Shown here: piece after piece, positions 50,500 to 63,962 of the stretch
Layout: each line of letters begins with the position of its first letter
How positions within the stretch are numbered: position 1 is the stretch's first letter
DNA from: Octopus sinensis
Lineage: Eukaryota
Direction: 5' to 3'
Assembly: GCF_006345805.1 (NCBI RefSeq)
Contig: NC_043000.1
Location: forward strand, 78,802,001-78,866,000
DNA length: 64,000 nucleotides
Translations under genes and position numbers: made by a program
Notes under the pieces: model-generated
Database searches by the model: none
The model's input: only the letters and a program-made list of their open reading frames with translations
What the model was told of the DNA's origin: nothing

Positions 50500-51860
50500 A
50501 AACATTAAACATTGTACAATAAACATTATAACACTGAGGCTTTTCAACCTCTTGTCACTATTCCTCCCCAACATCGCTTGTGCCCGTTTACTCCGCCAAT
50601 CCCCACGCCTCATTCAAGACCAAGGCAGGATCCGAGTCGGCGTCGCCCGGCCACAAGCGTTATTCCTCATTGAGTCCCTGCAGTCTATACGTCACGGGCA
50701 ACTTTATGACCTCCACAGCTATCTGCGGAGGCCATTCGGAAATCTGTGTGAAGGCTAAAGGTACTCCCTTATGGTGCTTTTCCACAACCTCTTGTACCTC
50801 TCCGCCTTTGTAGAAGAAAACCGATAGTTCCTTTCTCCCCGGGTTCGAGGCAGTCATTTCTACCATTGGCAGCACAATTCCCCCCAACGGTGTCACTTCC
50901 CCTGCCGGTGGCACAACCCATACCGGCAAGTTTCCAGGACATTCCGGTGCTATGTCACCGACTGCCGGCCACACGTCCCGTTTCTCTTCCTCTTCGTCTT
51001 GCTTTTCTCTCAACTGAGGGAGGATGTGTCTCCTCCATGACCGGGAGATTCGCGTCTCCTCCCTCATCCCTAGGATCCTTCGGTGAACACCCATTGTTGC
51101 TCACCTCCTTCCTCTTGAGGCCCTTGTTTGAGAAGTCCTCCGTTTCCTTGGCCGCCTTCGCTCCTTCTTCTACAGAGGTCTCAATCAACTGCTCCAGGAC
51201 ATTGCTTTGTACCCGAGGAAGGTTTTCTTTATATGGTCAGGCTCCAGGCACCTATGGCACCTGGAGGGTGGCGACCCTCAAGAATCACCGGGTACCTGCA
51301 CACGGCCATTTATATAAAATATGGCATAACAAGATTTATGGCTGATTGGATCCACTGGGTCAAAACAGCTTTTGACCCAACCCAATCAGCCGCAGAAAGA
51401 ATTTTCACATTGAGGAACCTGGCTCCGTGTGCCACACAGACCCCGACAAAGTGTATCCTCTATCCACTAGGTGGTAAACAAGAGACCGAAGCACTCGTCA
51501 ATTTTTTCCTACAATAAGTGGGAAGAAACAAAATTTCTTTACCCTCAAAGAAAAGAGAGAATTCAAAAGGAAATAAAAGGGAAGAAGAGAAAAAGCAAAC
51601 AGTTCAATAAGAAAGTCCCAATAGAAGAAGAAAACAACAGTTCAACAAAACACAGCAAAAAAGCTTCTGGGCATTCAGGTACTCCAAGCCCTATGATGCT
51701 CCGATTAGAACCTGGACTGCTCCACTTGAAATACAGCTTTCCAATAAATGGTAAATGTTGTTGTAAAAACACACACTATTAAAAAGTGAACAACTTTTGG
51801 TTGAAGGATACGTCCCCAAACTGTACTTCTCACAATGAGAAACAATTTTCACTTAATGTG
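50500..51860 (-). pseudogene. Tx1-like ORF1 remnants
   Basis: FPTYC...VSCLPP, VILEG..RCHRCLEPDHIKK knuckle, and a second fragment ending EKPQCYN; homologous in style to the ORF1s at 53.9-60.3 kb. Confidence 0.55.
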
Positions 51861-53145
51861 AAAAATATTGATGCACCGCACGCAGACCAACATCCTGAAT
51901 CCAGTGAAGATTCCCTGTTTGTAAAAAATAAAGCCACAGACAACAACCCCCACTTGACCGATAGAATAAGTACTAGACTTACAAAGAATAACTCCTGGGG
52001 TCGATTTGCTCGACTAAAGGCTGTGAACTAGCATGGCCACAATCAAATGACTGAAAAAGAACAATATAATGGTGACAACGGTATTGCAATATGGACTTAC
52101 CTTTAATTTACAGGATAATGCAGACAAGGGAAAGACTGAAGAAGAACAATGTAATGAGTCTGCATAAAGAACAGATTTGTTTCATTCAATACAGGCAGAT
52201 AGCCTCGAGCGAACATATTGACATATACGCAAGAAAAAAATCACCGAATTTTCATATTTTCCCATTATACCAATGCAAAGATTCAATCTCCTTACAAGAA
52301 GCCTAAACAAGGAAAATCTCTCCATACAAAAGTACAGACAACACCTTCATATAGAAACTTGACCATCAGATCCTTACACATTTCTATTTCAACAATTATA
52401 CTGAAGAGTTAGTTGTACCCCTTGCCACCTGTTGCCTCCGTTTGTCCACTATCTAGACTCATTCTTACTTTTCAAGTATCCAAAATAGCGAAACATCTTT
52501 TTCATAAGAAATGATTACTTCACAATGTCCCTTGTGAAGCTAATTTAAATAGAGAAAACCGGTTGGATATCACGAAATCCATAGTATATATCTTTATATA
52601 TATAAAACTGAGAATGTGTGTGTGTCTGTCTGTCTGTCTGTGTTTCCCTAAAACTTGAGAACTACACAACCGATTTCATTCAAATTTTACACATGACTTA
52701 CTTAGGGTCCATGTAGTTTTACGGGCAAAAAAATGTCCAACTTCTTGCCTAGAGCGAGCCCATAGCAATATCATATCTTCACTATTCCAGCATTACGTGT
52801 TAAAAGTGAAACAAAAATATTTCTCTATTTTATGTCAGATGCGTTCACTTTAACAATAAAAATAATAATAACAATTGAATTATATGTAGTAAGTAATAAT
52901 TAAAATCAAACTAAAGTATAATATAATCGTAACATACAAAATTAAAAATAACAATTGGTATAAAATTGCATCAATGATTTGAACTTGAATAAGTGGTTTC
53001 AAATGAATGGGAATAAATTAAAAATATAATTAGCGTGCAGAAACGGAATAGTCCAGATGGATAATAAAAAATAAAATAAAAGAAAAGACTATTGTCTATA
53101 AAGTATACAATGTAGAGAAAAAAGAAGAGCTGCCAATGCCAGTCT

Positions 53146-55450
53146 TCATTGAGTGTGTGTTGTTAGTTCAGTAGAAGAGAATTCACAGGAATGGAAAGAA
53201 GCTGTGAATAAGAGGAAGAGAAGAATACGAGGAAAAGAAAATAACAGAACACCAATCCACCCCAACACCACCCACACCCTCTGAGTCCCACCCTATCCCT
53301 GCAGACAGTGAACCCACCCGCTCCCCTCGAACAAGAAAACAAAAGAAAAAAATAATACAGACAGACAAGAGATTGAAATCGACCCCAGGCTGAACATTTG
53401 TACTATGACAGAACAGAAAGAAGTTAAAAGGCTAATGGAAAAGTATAAATGGTATGAAGTTGGTGAGACTAGGTATGCTGTGATTGAAAAGAAGAGAACA
53501 GATGAATTTATGGTGAGGTGTGAAAGGGAGAATTGGGAGGTGAAAGATATAAGAATGAGCGATGAATTCGTGGAAAATATGGAGGAGTATTTCGGAGTAA
53601 GAATGGATATGGATGGTCTTCGTATTGGGAAAGAACATTCAAGTGACGGTGAAAACCAAAGGACAGGTAAGTGATGCTAACGGATGGGGCCTTTAGCATC
53701 GCTTTCATGTTATCATTCTTTCATGTAACAAATCATCCTTCATAAATTTAATTATAATGTTCTATGTCCCCATGTCTTGTAATGTCCCCTCTTCGTCGCC
53801 CCTAGTGGGTAATAAAGAAATAGTGTGTGTTGTTAGTTGTGACAAGACGGTGAATTTTTCTGTGTAAAATGATTTGATATCGCGCGAGGCGTTTGCCTCC
53901 ATGTGTGGAAACCTTCCGAAGAAGGTGAATTGACCCACTAATCATGGCGACTTACGCGGGGGTCACCGGGAAAAATAACGATTCGTCGCTAATTGTAAGG
54001 GAGGTGATCTTTGAGGAGGAGAAACTCAAAGAATATGAAAAGCTTTTCAAAATGGAGGGTGATAGCGTGAAGCTAATCCCCTCCGCGAAAGCAAAAGAGG
54101 ATAAAGAAAGCAAGACGGTGACATATAAAACCCAAGACAAAATACGAAGAAACTGGCAAGAGTGGAGATAGACGAAATTGAGAAATGTCTGGGAGACATA
54201 ATGGGGAAAATAACCTACGTGAGTAGAGGCAAGAAATTTGGTACGGTGGAGGTGAGATGTGCAACGGAGGAAATTGCGGCCTCACTGGCTACCACCGTAC
54301 TAAGAGCCCAAAAATTCACAATGTGGCCTTCATACAAGGGAAGAAGAGGGGTCCGGGTTAAAATCCCGAATATACCTCCAGAAGTGAAAACAGAATGGCT
54401 GGCAACAGCTATTCTAGGAGCAGCAGAAGAGGAAGTGGAGATGGAATCAATTAAGGAGTCCAACGCGGTAAACTGGAGAGGATATGGGGTAGAATTGTGG
54501 CTGATGGCCACAAAAGAAGAATACTGTAAATGAGAAAGAAAGCATAGAAAAGGAAACAAAACAACAGGAGAAAGGAAATTAGAAGTCAATGAAGGAAAAA
54601 GAAATAAAAGAAATAGGACCAAAACAGAGTCAGGAAAAAAAAAAGGAAAAAGAAACAATAGGAAAAAAACAAGAGAGGGATCAGAATCAAACGAAAAGAA
54701 AGGACGGTACACAAAAGGAAAAAGAAAATACAGGAAAGGAACACAAAGCAAGAGAAAATACAGACAAAGAGTTAAGGAGAAAGAAAAGAAGGCAAAAAGA
54801 GAGAAAGAGAGAAACAAAGAGAGGAGAACAAGGAAGAAGTAAGCCCGAAAAGGAAGATGAAGGAAAACGCAGGACGGAAACAACAACACTATTACTATAA
54901 GTTAGTAACTTACCATTTCGGCCCTGTAATGAATGACATAACAAGTAAAACGGAGGGACATGTATGGGTCAACAGGATGACCGACCGGTGGCAGGAGACT
55001 GCCCTAATCCCCGAGAAAGTAGTCACCGAGTTCTTCAGAGCTGCCGGGGAAAATGTAATATTTTACACGAAGGTTCGAGCGAGAGAGCGGCTGCCTAAGG
55101 ATTCAGTGATGGACTTCAGAGAAGTAGAATAAATCATAGAATATGTGTAAAATTGTGAGAGGAAAAAAAAAAGAAAAAATTTGGTGAAATATTTGTGATA
55201 AAACTGACGAAAATGTAACCTCTTGATTCCGGGGATCGAGTGGACATTTACATCTCATTGTAAATATTCTTTCATATGTCATTATTACTTTTATTTTTTC
55301 CTTTTCTTGTCATTCGCTTTCTTATGAAATATTCTTTCATATGTGATTATTACTTTTATATTTTCATTTTCTTATTCGCTTTCTTCTTTTAAGTTCCCCG
55401 ATTGTATTGTCCCCTTTATGTTCGCCCCTTGTGGGTAATAATAAAATCAT
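53146..55450 (+). mobile_element. ORF1-only Tx1-derived element, unit A
   Basis: 5' tcattgagtgtgtgttgttag; ORF1 from ATG 53944 (MATYAGVT...) with frameshifts and loss of the zinc knuckle; stop at ~55150 followed directly by a 3' UTR stem-loop and AATAAA-like tail; no ORF2. Confidence 0.8.
53169..53821 (+). mobile_element. 5'-truncated related element nested in unit A 5' UTR
   Basis: 17-bp TSD agtgtgtgttgttagtt (53152-68 / 53822-38); ORF 53405..53674 resembles the ORF1 C-terminal domain; 11-bp stem-loop at 53670-53703; tail ...gtgggtaataaagaaat. Confidence 0.8.
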
Positions 55451-55457
55451 GCAGTCT

Positions 55458-57442
55458 TCATTGATTGCGTTAAGTAGTTAGTAATTTTTTGTGTATAGAA
55501 ATTGAAAATTGAATCGCGCGAGGCGTTTGCCGCTGCGCGTTAGAACCTTTTTGTAGAAGGTGCGCCAACCCTCAAGTCATGGAGACGTACGCGGGTGTCG
55601 CCGCAATGAAAAGCGATACGTCGCTGACAGTAAGAGAAGTGTTCTTCAAAAAAGAACAGCTAAAAGATTTTGAGAAATTCGTTGAAAGGGAGGGTGACAG
55701 CGTGAGGCTGGTCCCCCCTGCTGAAGCAAAGGAGGAAAAAGAAGACAAGACAATAATTTATAGAACACAAGACAAGATCACAAGAAAGCTATCAAGAATA
55801 GCAATAGAAGAGATCGAAAAATGTCTGGACGACGTAATGAAGAAGGCAACCTTTGTGTGCAGAGGCAAGAAATATGGTACGGTGGAGGTGAGGTGCGCAA
55901 CAAAAGAAGTTGCGGCCTCGCTAGCTTCCACCGTACTCAGAGCCGAAAACTTCATCATGTGGCCTACTTACAAAGGGAGAAGAGGGATAAGGGTCAAAAT
56001 CCCAAATATACCCCCAGAATTGAAGACAGAATGGCTGATAACAGCCATCCTAGGGTCAGCAGAGGAAGAGATAGAAATTGGGTCGATAAAGGAGACCAAC
56101 ATAGTGAAATGGAAGGGATACGGGGTAGAGATCTGGCTGACAGCCACAAACAAAGATATAGAACGGGTTCCCTTCCAAATAGAAGTAGAAGATGGAAAAA
56201 CCCTCAGCGTAATTGTGGAGGGGAGGAAACCTAACTGCTACGGGTGTGGAATAAGAGGACACATAAAAAAGAATGTCCGCTATACGAATTTATGGCGGAG
56301 TGTGAAAGAGCAGAGGAAAACAAAAAAGAGAAGGAAAAAGAACCCGAAGAAGGGAACAATATTCTAAAGGAGAAAGAAAGCAAGGAAAAAGAATCAACGG
56401 TAAAAGGAAAAAACAACACACGGAAGGAAAATGAAAGCAAAGGGAAGAAATTAATAGAAAAAGAACAAAAGTCACAGGGTAGAGAAGTAATAGAGAAATA
56501 GAGAAAGAACCAAAACAAAATCAAGAGAAAGAAAAAGAAAGTAAAATAAAGGAAAGAGAAAAAACAGGAAAAAAACAAGAAAAGGAACAGAATCAAGAGA
56601 AAGGAAAGGATGTTACACAAAAAGAAAAAGAAAAAACAGGAAAAGAACATACGACAGAGAAAGAGCCAAAAAGACAAGAGAAGGAAAAAGAAAAGGAAAG
56701 CAAAAAGAGAGAAAGAGAAAAACCGAGAGAGGAAGGTAAAGAAGAAGTAAGTCCGAAGAGGAAAACTAAAGAAAACATAGGTTCAAATAGAAGGTATACA
56801 TTTTATGGAACATTGGTTCATTACAGACACTGTGGGGAGATGGAGGAATTAATAAGTGAAACGGAGGGATATTCATGGGTCAGGATGGGCACGAAGTGGA
56901 GGGAAACGGGTGCACTGGTCCAGGAAGACAGCGCCGATGCGTTTATCGAGGCCGCCGGTATGAACGTAATAAGACATGCGAAGTGCCGACTGCTAAGATA
57001 CCCACGAGAGATGGAAAATTACAACGACCTGTCAAAGGTAATGGAACTGATTTAAAATTATAGGAAAAAAAAAGAATTAGAAAAGACATTTGTTAATTTC
57101 AAATGAATTTTGAAATCTTGAAAATGTATTATGAAAGCTTTATATATGAATTTGTGGAAAATAATTTTTCTGTAAAATATTCAATTGATAATGTATTTTG
57201 GAAATTCTCTTATGAAATGTATTGCGGTCGAATGTATTGCGAAATGCTGTAAAATGTATTTAGTTATTTTTGAAAATATTGTAAAATGTAATTAAAAATG
57301 ACGAAATGTAACCACCTGATTTCGGGGATCGGGTGGGGCATTGCACCACATTTACACATACTTCATATCTCATTATTTAATTTTTTTTCCCGATTGTACT
57401 GTCCCCTCTATGTTCGCACCTGTGGGTAGTAATAAAATCATT
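55458..57442 (+). mobile_element. ORF1-only Tx1-derived element, unit B (diverged subfamily)
   Basis: ORF1 from ATG 55579 (METYAGVA...), knuckle CYGCGIRGHIKK, K/E-rich linker, C-terminal domain ending at 57055, then the 3' tail; no ORF2. Confidence 0.8.
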
Positions 57443-57449
57443 CCAGCCT

Positions 57450-59200
57450 TCATTGAGTGTGTGTTGTTAGTTGTGACAAGACGGTGAATTTTTCTTTGTA
57501 AATTGATTTGATATCGAGTGAGGCGTTTGCATCTACGTGTGGAATCCTTCCGAAGAAGGTGAATTGACCCACTAATCATGGCGACTTACGCGGGGGTCAC
57601 CGGAAAAATAGCGATTCGTCGCTAATTGTAAGGGAGGTGTTCCTTGAGAAGGAGAAACTCAAAGAATATGAAAAGCTTTTCAAAAGCGAGGGTGATAGCG
57701 TGAAGCTAATCCCCCCCGCGAAATCAAAAGAGGATAAAGAAAGCAAGACGGTGACATATAAAACCCAAGACAAGAATACGAAGAAACTGGCAAGAGTGGA
57801 GATAGACGAAATTGAGAAATGTCTGGGAGACATAATGGGGAAAATAACTTACGTGAGTAGAAGCAAGAAATTTGGTACGGTGGAGGTGAGGTGTGCAACG
57901 GAGGAAATTGCGGCCTCACTGGCTACCACCGTACAAAAATTCACAATGTGACCCTCATACAAGGGAAGAAGAGGGGTCCGGGTTAAAATCCCGAATATAC
58001 CCCCAGAAGTGAAAACAGAATGGCTGGCACCAGCTATTCTAGGAGCAGCAGAAGAGGAAGTGGAGGTGGAATCAATTAAGGAGTCCAACGCGGTAAACTG
58101 GAGAGCATATGGGGTAGAATTGTGGCTGATAGCCACAAAAGAGGATATTGAAAGGTTTCCCTACAGAATTGAAATTGAAGAGGAAAAAACCCTCAGCGTA
58201 ATTGTAGAGGGGAGAAAACCAAACTGTTACTTGTGTGGGACAAGGGGGCACATTAAAAAACAGTGCCCGTTATATGAATTCGTAGCGGAGTGCGAGCAGG
58301 AACTTGAAGAAAAGAAGAATATTGTAAATGAGAAAGAAAGCATAGAAAAGGAAACAAAACAACAAGAGAAAGGAAATAAGAAGTCAATGAAAGAAAAAGA
58401 AATAAAAGAAAAGAAAGAAATAGAACGAAAACAGAGTCAGGAAAAAAAAGGAAAAAGAAACAATAGGAAAAAAACAAGAGAGGGATCAGAATCAAACGAA
58501 AAGAAAGGACGGTACACAAAAGGTAAAAGAAAATACAGGAAAGGAACATAAAACAAGAGAGAAAACAGACAAAGAGCCAAAAAGACAAGAGAAGGAAGGA
58601 GAAAGAAAAGAAGGTAAAAAGAGAGAAACAAAGAGAGGAGAACAAGGAAGAAATAAGCCCGAAAAGGAAGATGAAGGAAAACGCAGGACGGAAACAAGAT
58701 TACTATTACTACAAGTTAGTAACCTACCATTTCTGCCCTGTAATGAATGACATAACAAGTAAAATGGAGGGACATGTATGGGTCAACAGGATGACCCACC
58801 GGTGGCAGGAGACTGCCCTAATCCCCGAGGAAGTAGTCGCCGAGTTCTTCAGAGCTGCCGGGGAAAATGTAATATTTTACACGAAGGTTCGAGTGAGAGA
58901 GCGGCTGCCTAAGGATTCAGTGATGGACTTCAGAGAAGTAGAAAAAATCATAGAATATGTGTAAAATTGTGAGAGGAAAAAAAAAAGAAAAAATTTGGTG
59001 AAATATTTGTGATAAAACTGACGAAAATGTAACCTCTTGATTCCGGGGATCGAGTGGACATTTACATCTCATTGTAAATATTCTTTCATATGTCATTATT
59101 ACTTTTATTTTTTCCTTTTCTTATTCGCTTTCTTATTTTAAGTTCGCCTATTGTACTGTCCCCTTTATGTTCGCCCCTTGTGGACAGTAATAAAATCATT
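57450..59200 (+). mobile_element. ORF1-only Tx1-derived element, unit C
   Basis: ATG at 57578; intact knuckle CYLCGTRGHIKKQC; C-terminal domain ends at 58964; 3' tail; close relative of unit A. Confidence 0.8.
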
Positions 59201-59649
59201 CCAGTCTGTTATACGCCAGTCTGTTTTGTCATTTGCTGCTACTTTGTTAATACCGGTTTGTTAATTAATTACTGTTACTTTGATTGATATATAGTGTCTT
59301 CTGTATAAGACTGTCATTAGCCTTCACGCGAAGGCTACGTATTTAATCCCCCTCCCCCCCCCCGGGGCGGAATTACTGTGGAACATTTAGTGTGGAACAC
59401 ATTTAAAAATCTACACAAAAGGCTTGCGAAGCCAGAATTTCTGAAGGCTTGTGAAAGCCAATTGAAAGGCTTGTTAAGCCATTTTCGGTGATGGATACCC
59501 CCATCTCCTATTCACCTGTGTCAGGTGAAGAAAGCTCACCGGCGGTGTCGCCGAAAGCAGAAGAAGCCCCAGCTAAGAAGTTTCTGAAGTTGCGGGCAAG
59601 AAACTGAAGACAATTAATACGGAAGAAGCAACCTGGAAAAATATACAGC

Positions 59650-60704
59650 ATGTCTGAAAAAGGAAGGTACAGAAGTATCAGTAACACCGGACGTCAGTAA
59701 GATAGAGGAAGTGGAAAAAAGAATGATTATTTATAAAACGTACAACTCAACAACGAAGTCCATTCAAAGAGTGGAAGAAAAGAAAATTGAGAGTTGCCTA
59801 AAGACAATATGGCAGGAAATCACTTATATAAATCGTGGAAGAAAATTTGGAACGGTAAAGGTGAGGTTCAGGAGAGAAGAGATACCTGAAAAGCTATCAA
59901 CTGAACCACTAAAAGCCGATAATATAGTCCTCCTCCCCCTTTACAGAGGCAGAAGGACCTCGAAAATCAAAATAAGAAACATTCCCCCAGAGGCAGACGC
60001 CACATGCCTGGTGGCGGCAGTCATGTTAGGCCTGGAGGACAAAATCAATATCCTCCAGGCTACAGTAGAGGAGGAGGGGCATTGGCAAGGCCAACGCATT
60101 TTAATAGTGATACAGACGGAAGTACAGACATTGGAAGAAATTCCAGAGACATTGAGGATCAGCGAGGAGGAGATGGTGATAGTGTTTGTGGAGGGCAGAA
60201 AGCCGAGGTGCTTCGGCTGCGGTAAAAAGGGGAACGTGAGAGCGGAGTGCCAACCTAGACCGCAGGAAGCAGCACCGCCAGAAAAATAAAAAATAAAAGA
60301 GAAAACACCAGAAAATAAAGAATCAACAGAAACCAAAGAAGCAACAGAAACAACAAGCGGCGAAGAAAAGGAAAAAGAGGAGGGGTGGTCAAAAATCACA
60401 AAAAGAAAAACGGAAAACAGAAACCACCCCTCAGAAAGAGAGACAAAAAAAGAGAAAAGAAGCGACGAATACATTTATGGCCATTAAGGCAGCCAACAAC
60501 AGGCTAATTAACGTTTTGGCAGCCATGGCCAAGGTGGAAAAAATTAAAAAAACAAAAGACTGTATTGTTTATAGTATAGGCCGGAAGGATTACGGACGGA
60601 TAAAATCCGAATTCTTTAACGACGTGGGCCCTCTGAGAATGGACATATCTCCATATATACGAGGGCCTGCGTCGGACTCCCCCACGAGCCCGGGAAAAAA
60701 ATAA
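59650..60704 (+). pseudogene. Tx1-like ORF1 (gag-like, CCHC-type knuckle)
   Basis: RGRKFGTVKVRF, LPLYRGRR..IKIRNIPPE, VEGRKPRCFGCGKKGNVRAEC; broken frames. Confidence 0.8.
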
Positions 60705-60755
60705 AAGTGAAGAAGAAGAAGAAAAACAAGTCGAACCACTGATATAAGGTAAGTC

Positions 60756-63700
60756 ATGGATTGCATTTATGTTGGCTGTTTAAATGTGCGGGGCCTGGGA
60801 TCAAGCCGGAAGCAAGGTCGCTTCCTTAATGATATCAGGTCGCGAAATTTGGATGTTATTGTTGCTACAGAAACCCGCTTAGAGGGGCCAAGAGGTCTAC
60901 TCCCGCTGTTTGACGGCTACGAGAGTTTTTTCTCTCCGGCCAGTCCTACCGGCGGGGGTGGGGTGTTGGTCCTATTAAAAAGAAACCGGGTTTTTGAGAA
61001 AAGGTTAATTTTTTCAGACCCAGAAGGTAGGCTGGTCGTCATGGATTTGACATTCAGTAACTGTAAAGTTATCAGACTGGTTGCAATTTACGCACCCAAC
61101 CAAAAAGGGCAAAGTGATTATTTTCGAGAACTGGAAAACTTTCTTGGTACTTCGCATTCATTAGTTGTGCTAGGAGACTTTAACACAATTTGCAAAGCGG
61201 ATGTAGATTGTGTTGGCTTGCGTCCAGATAGAAAAGGTAACATTGGCTTCCTGGAACTGCTAAGCCACTTTGAGCTAGCAGATCCTTATAGGTTGGAATT
61301 TCCGAACGCTCCATTGTGGACATGGTCAAACAGCGACGGATCTTCCAGGTCATACATAGATAGGATACTAATTAGAAAAGTAGACAGAAAAATAGCTAAG
61401 TGTCCACAGTTTTACCTGGTCAGCTACAGTGATCATAAAATGGTCACCTGTAAGCTTGACATAGATAAGGTTAAAAATAGAGGCTCCGGTTATTGGAAAC
61501 TTAATACGTCCCTTTTGGCGATTAAGGAGTACAGAGACCGGATTAGGACTATAATTCAGAGGGCGCTATCTGGTGCCATCATTAATAACAAATGGTGGTG
61601 CCCTCAAGCGAGCCATCAAATTCGAGTCTATAAAATATAGCATAGGATTAGTGGCTAGAGAGCTAGAGGCTAGGAGGGAATCTACTCTAGTTAAGGAATT
61701 AGAGAAAACCTTGAAAACTGGCTCTGTGGCTCAGGTGACGGCCAAGAGACTGGCGTTAAACCAGCACCTCGAGGCCAAAACACAGGCTGCATTGTCAGGG
61801 CTAGGATCCGCGCAATGGGTTGTGAAGGAATCAACGCCGTGAGATGGGCCCGAGTGGGTGGAGCTCAGCGGTAACGACGCCACGATTCGATCTATGACGA
61901 ACCAACAAGATGAGTTGATAAACAAGCCCGAGGAAATGTGTGAGGCCTTTCAGAAGCACTTCGCTCAGCTTTTCGGTGAGGGCGGCGGACTGGATAGGAG
62001 GAGGGCCTTTACGGACCTCCTCGACGGGCTGCTGCGCTTATCGGGGCGAGATGCGGAGGGCTGTGAAGGGCCAATCACGCCTGGGGAGGTGGTTGAGGCG
62101 ATGGCGGACTGCGGCGCCGGGTTTAGATGGTCTACCCTATGAGTTATATAAGAGTATGCCAGACTTGTTCGGGCACCTACTGGCGGAGGTCTATGCGATC
62201 TGGCAGCAGAACGGGTTCATACCCAGATCTGTGCGCCGGGGAGTAGTGACACTCGTCAGAAAGGACCCGAGCAAGGGGGAGTGCATTGATAATTTCAGGC
62301 CCATCACTCTGCTAAAACAGAGTTGAAGATTTTGGCCAAAGTGTTATCGAAAAGATTGGCGCGTGTCGCGGATGGTCTGATCGGGGAGGCACAGACATGT
62401 GCCGTTCCCGGCTGAACCATTCAGGATAATCCATCTTATGCGGGATTTAATAGTATAGAGGGGTTTAATAGTGATTCTGGCAAGGGTAGGGCACTGGTCC
62501 ATTTAGACCAATCTAAAGCATTCGATAGGGTCGACCATCGCTACCTGGTATCTGCCCTGGCACAGTTCGGGCTGGGCCTTGGCTTCCTCAGGTGGATTAT
62601 CCAAATTTACGACAACATCGACTCGGTAGTTCGGGTGAACGGCTTCGACAAGAAGCCGTTCAACATCAAGCGCTCGGTTCGTCAAGGGTGTCCGCTTTCC
62701 CCGCTTTTGTACGTGGTGGCTCTTGAGTCATTACTGCGAAAACTGAGCGGCATCTCGAGACAGCCAGGTAGTGGAAAATCGGTGTCAGCGTACGCGGATG
62801 ACATCACCATCATCGTAACAGAAATGGATCACCTAGAGAGGGTAGGCAAGGCCATAGAGGTTTACGAGACAGTGACAGGAGCAAAAGTTAATCGTGAACA
62901 GTCAGTCGGCTTGCAACTCGGCACCTGGAGAGGCAAGTCGATGCCTCCTGACAGCGTCGTGGGACGTTGGACGGAGATTCCGATTAAGTTGCTAGGGGTT
63001 TGGTTCGGTCCAGACCTCCAAATAGAGAAGAATTGGGGCGAGGTATCGAGCAGGATGGATGCAGTAACCAAGACCTGGTCTTGGCGGTGGCTATCCCTGA
63101 AAGGGAGGGCGGAGGTAGCCAATGTGTTCATCGCATCGGTTATCACCTACTGCCTTTCCGTCGTTCCTTGCCCTGATTCGTGGTTGATCAAGTTGGATAG
63201 GCAGCTCTTCTACGTCTTGTGGAATGGCGGGAAACCACTTGTGAAACGCTCTACTTGCTGTCAACAACCGTTAAAGGGTGAGCTTGGGATGCCTTGGCCG
63301 ATGATGCGCAGACATGCGCTGGGGTTAAGACATCTGTGGCTTAAGACATCTGTCGCAAGGCTCCCCTGCTATTCCGTCGCTCGGGCAACGCCTGCGGTGG
63401 AGGTTCCACCACATTCTTCTATAGAGGGTTGGTAGAGGCGGAATGTGAAGATACCTTGGGGGAAACCCTAGGTCTCGACGATAATCAGCTGGCCAGTCTG
63501 TTCCGACGTACGTTCGAGCCGAAGACACTGGACAACTTCCAGAAGTCTCTGGCATGGCAATGCTACGGAGGAGCTGTACCTGTTCGGGATAAACTCGCAA
63601 GGCACGGTGGCCAAGACAGTCCGATATGTCCAAGATGCGAGCGGGATAGGGAAACCGTCCCGCACGCTATTGTTCATTGTTCGGTCGTGTCTGAGGTGTG

Positions 63701-63962
63701 GGTTTATGCCGAACAGCTGTTGTCAAGCACACGAAGAGTACAGCTGTCGACTGAGTCTATTACAAAAATTGACCCACCAGATTTCCTCGCGAAAGAAGGT
63801 AAGAATTGTTTTCTCGTTGTAGTAGCAATTGCGAAAGAGGTGATATGGAAGACGAGAATGAAAGGTTTACGGTCAGGCAAGTTCATCTCCGGCCCTGGTT
63901 TGATGAATTACTTCATCTTTCACCTGAAAAGGAAGATAGGGCTGGAGAAAATGCCTGACTAA
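60756..63962 (+). pseudogene. Tx1-like ORF2: AP endonuclease, RT, C-terminal Zn motif; multiple frameshifts
   Basis: CLNVRGL, ETRL, YAPN, LGDFN, IDRIL, SDH; APGLDGLPYE, FRPITLL, LDQSKAFDRV, RQGCPLSPLL, YADD, LLGVWF; CPRC...ETVPHAIVHC. Confidence 0.95.
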
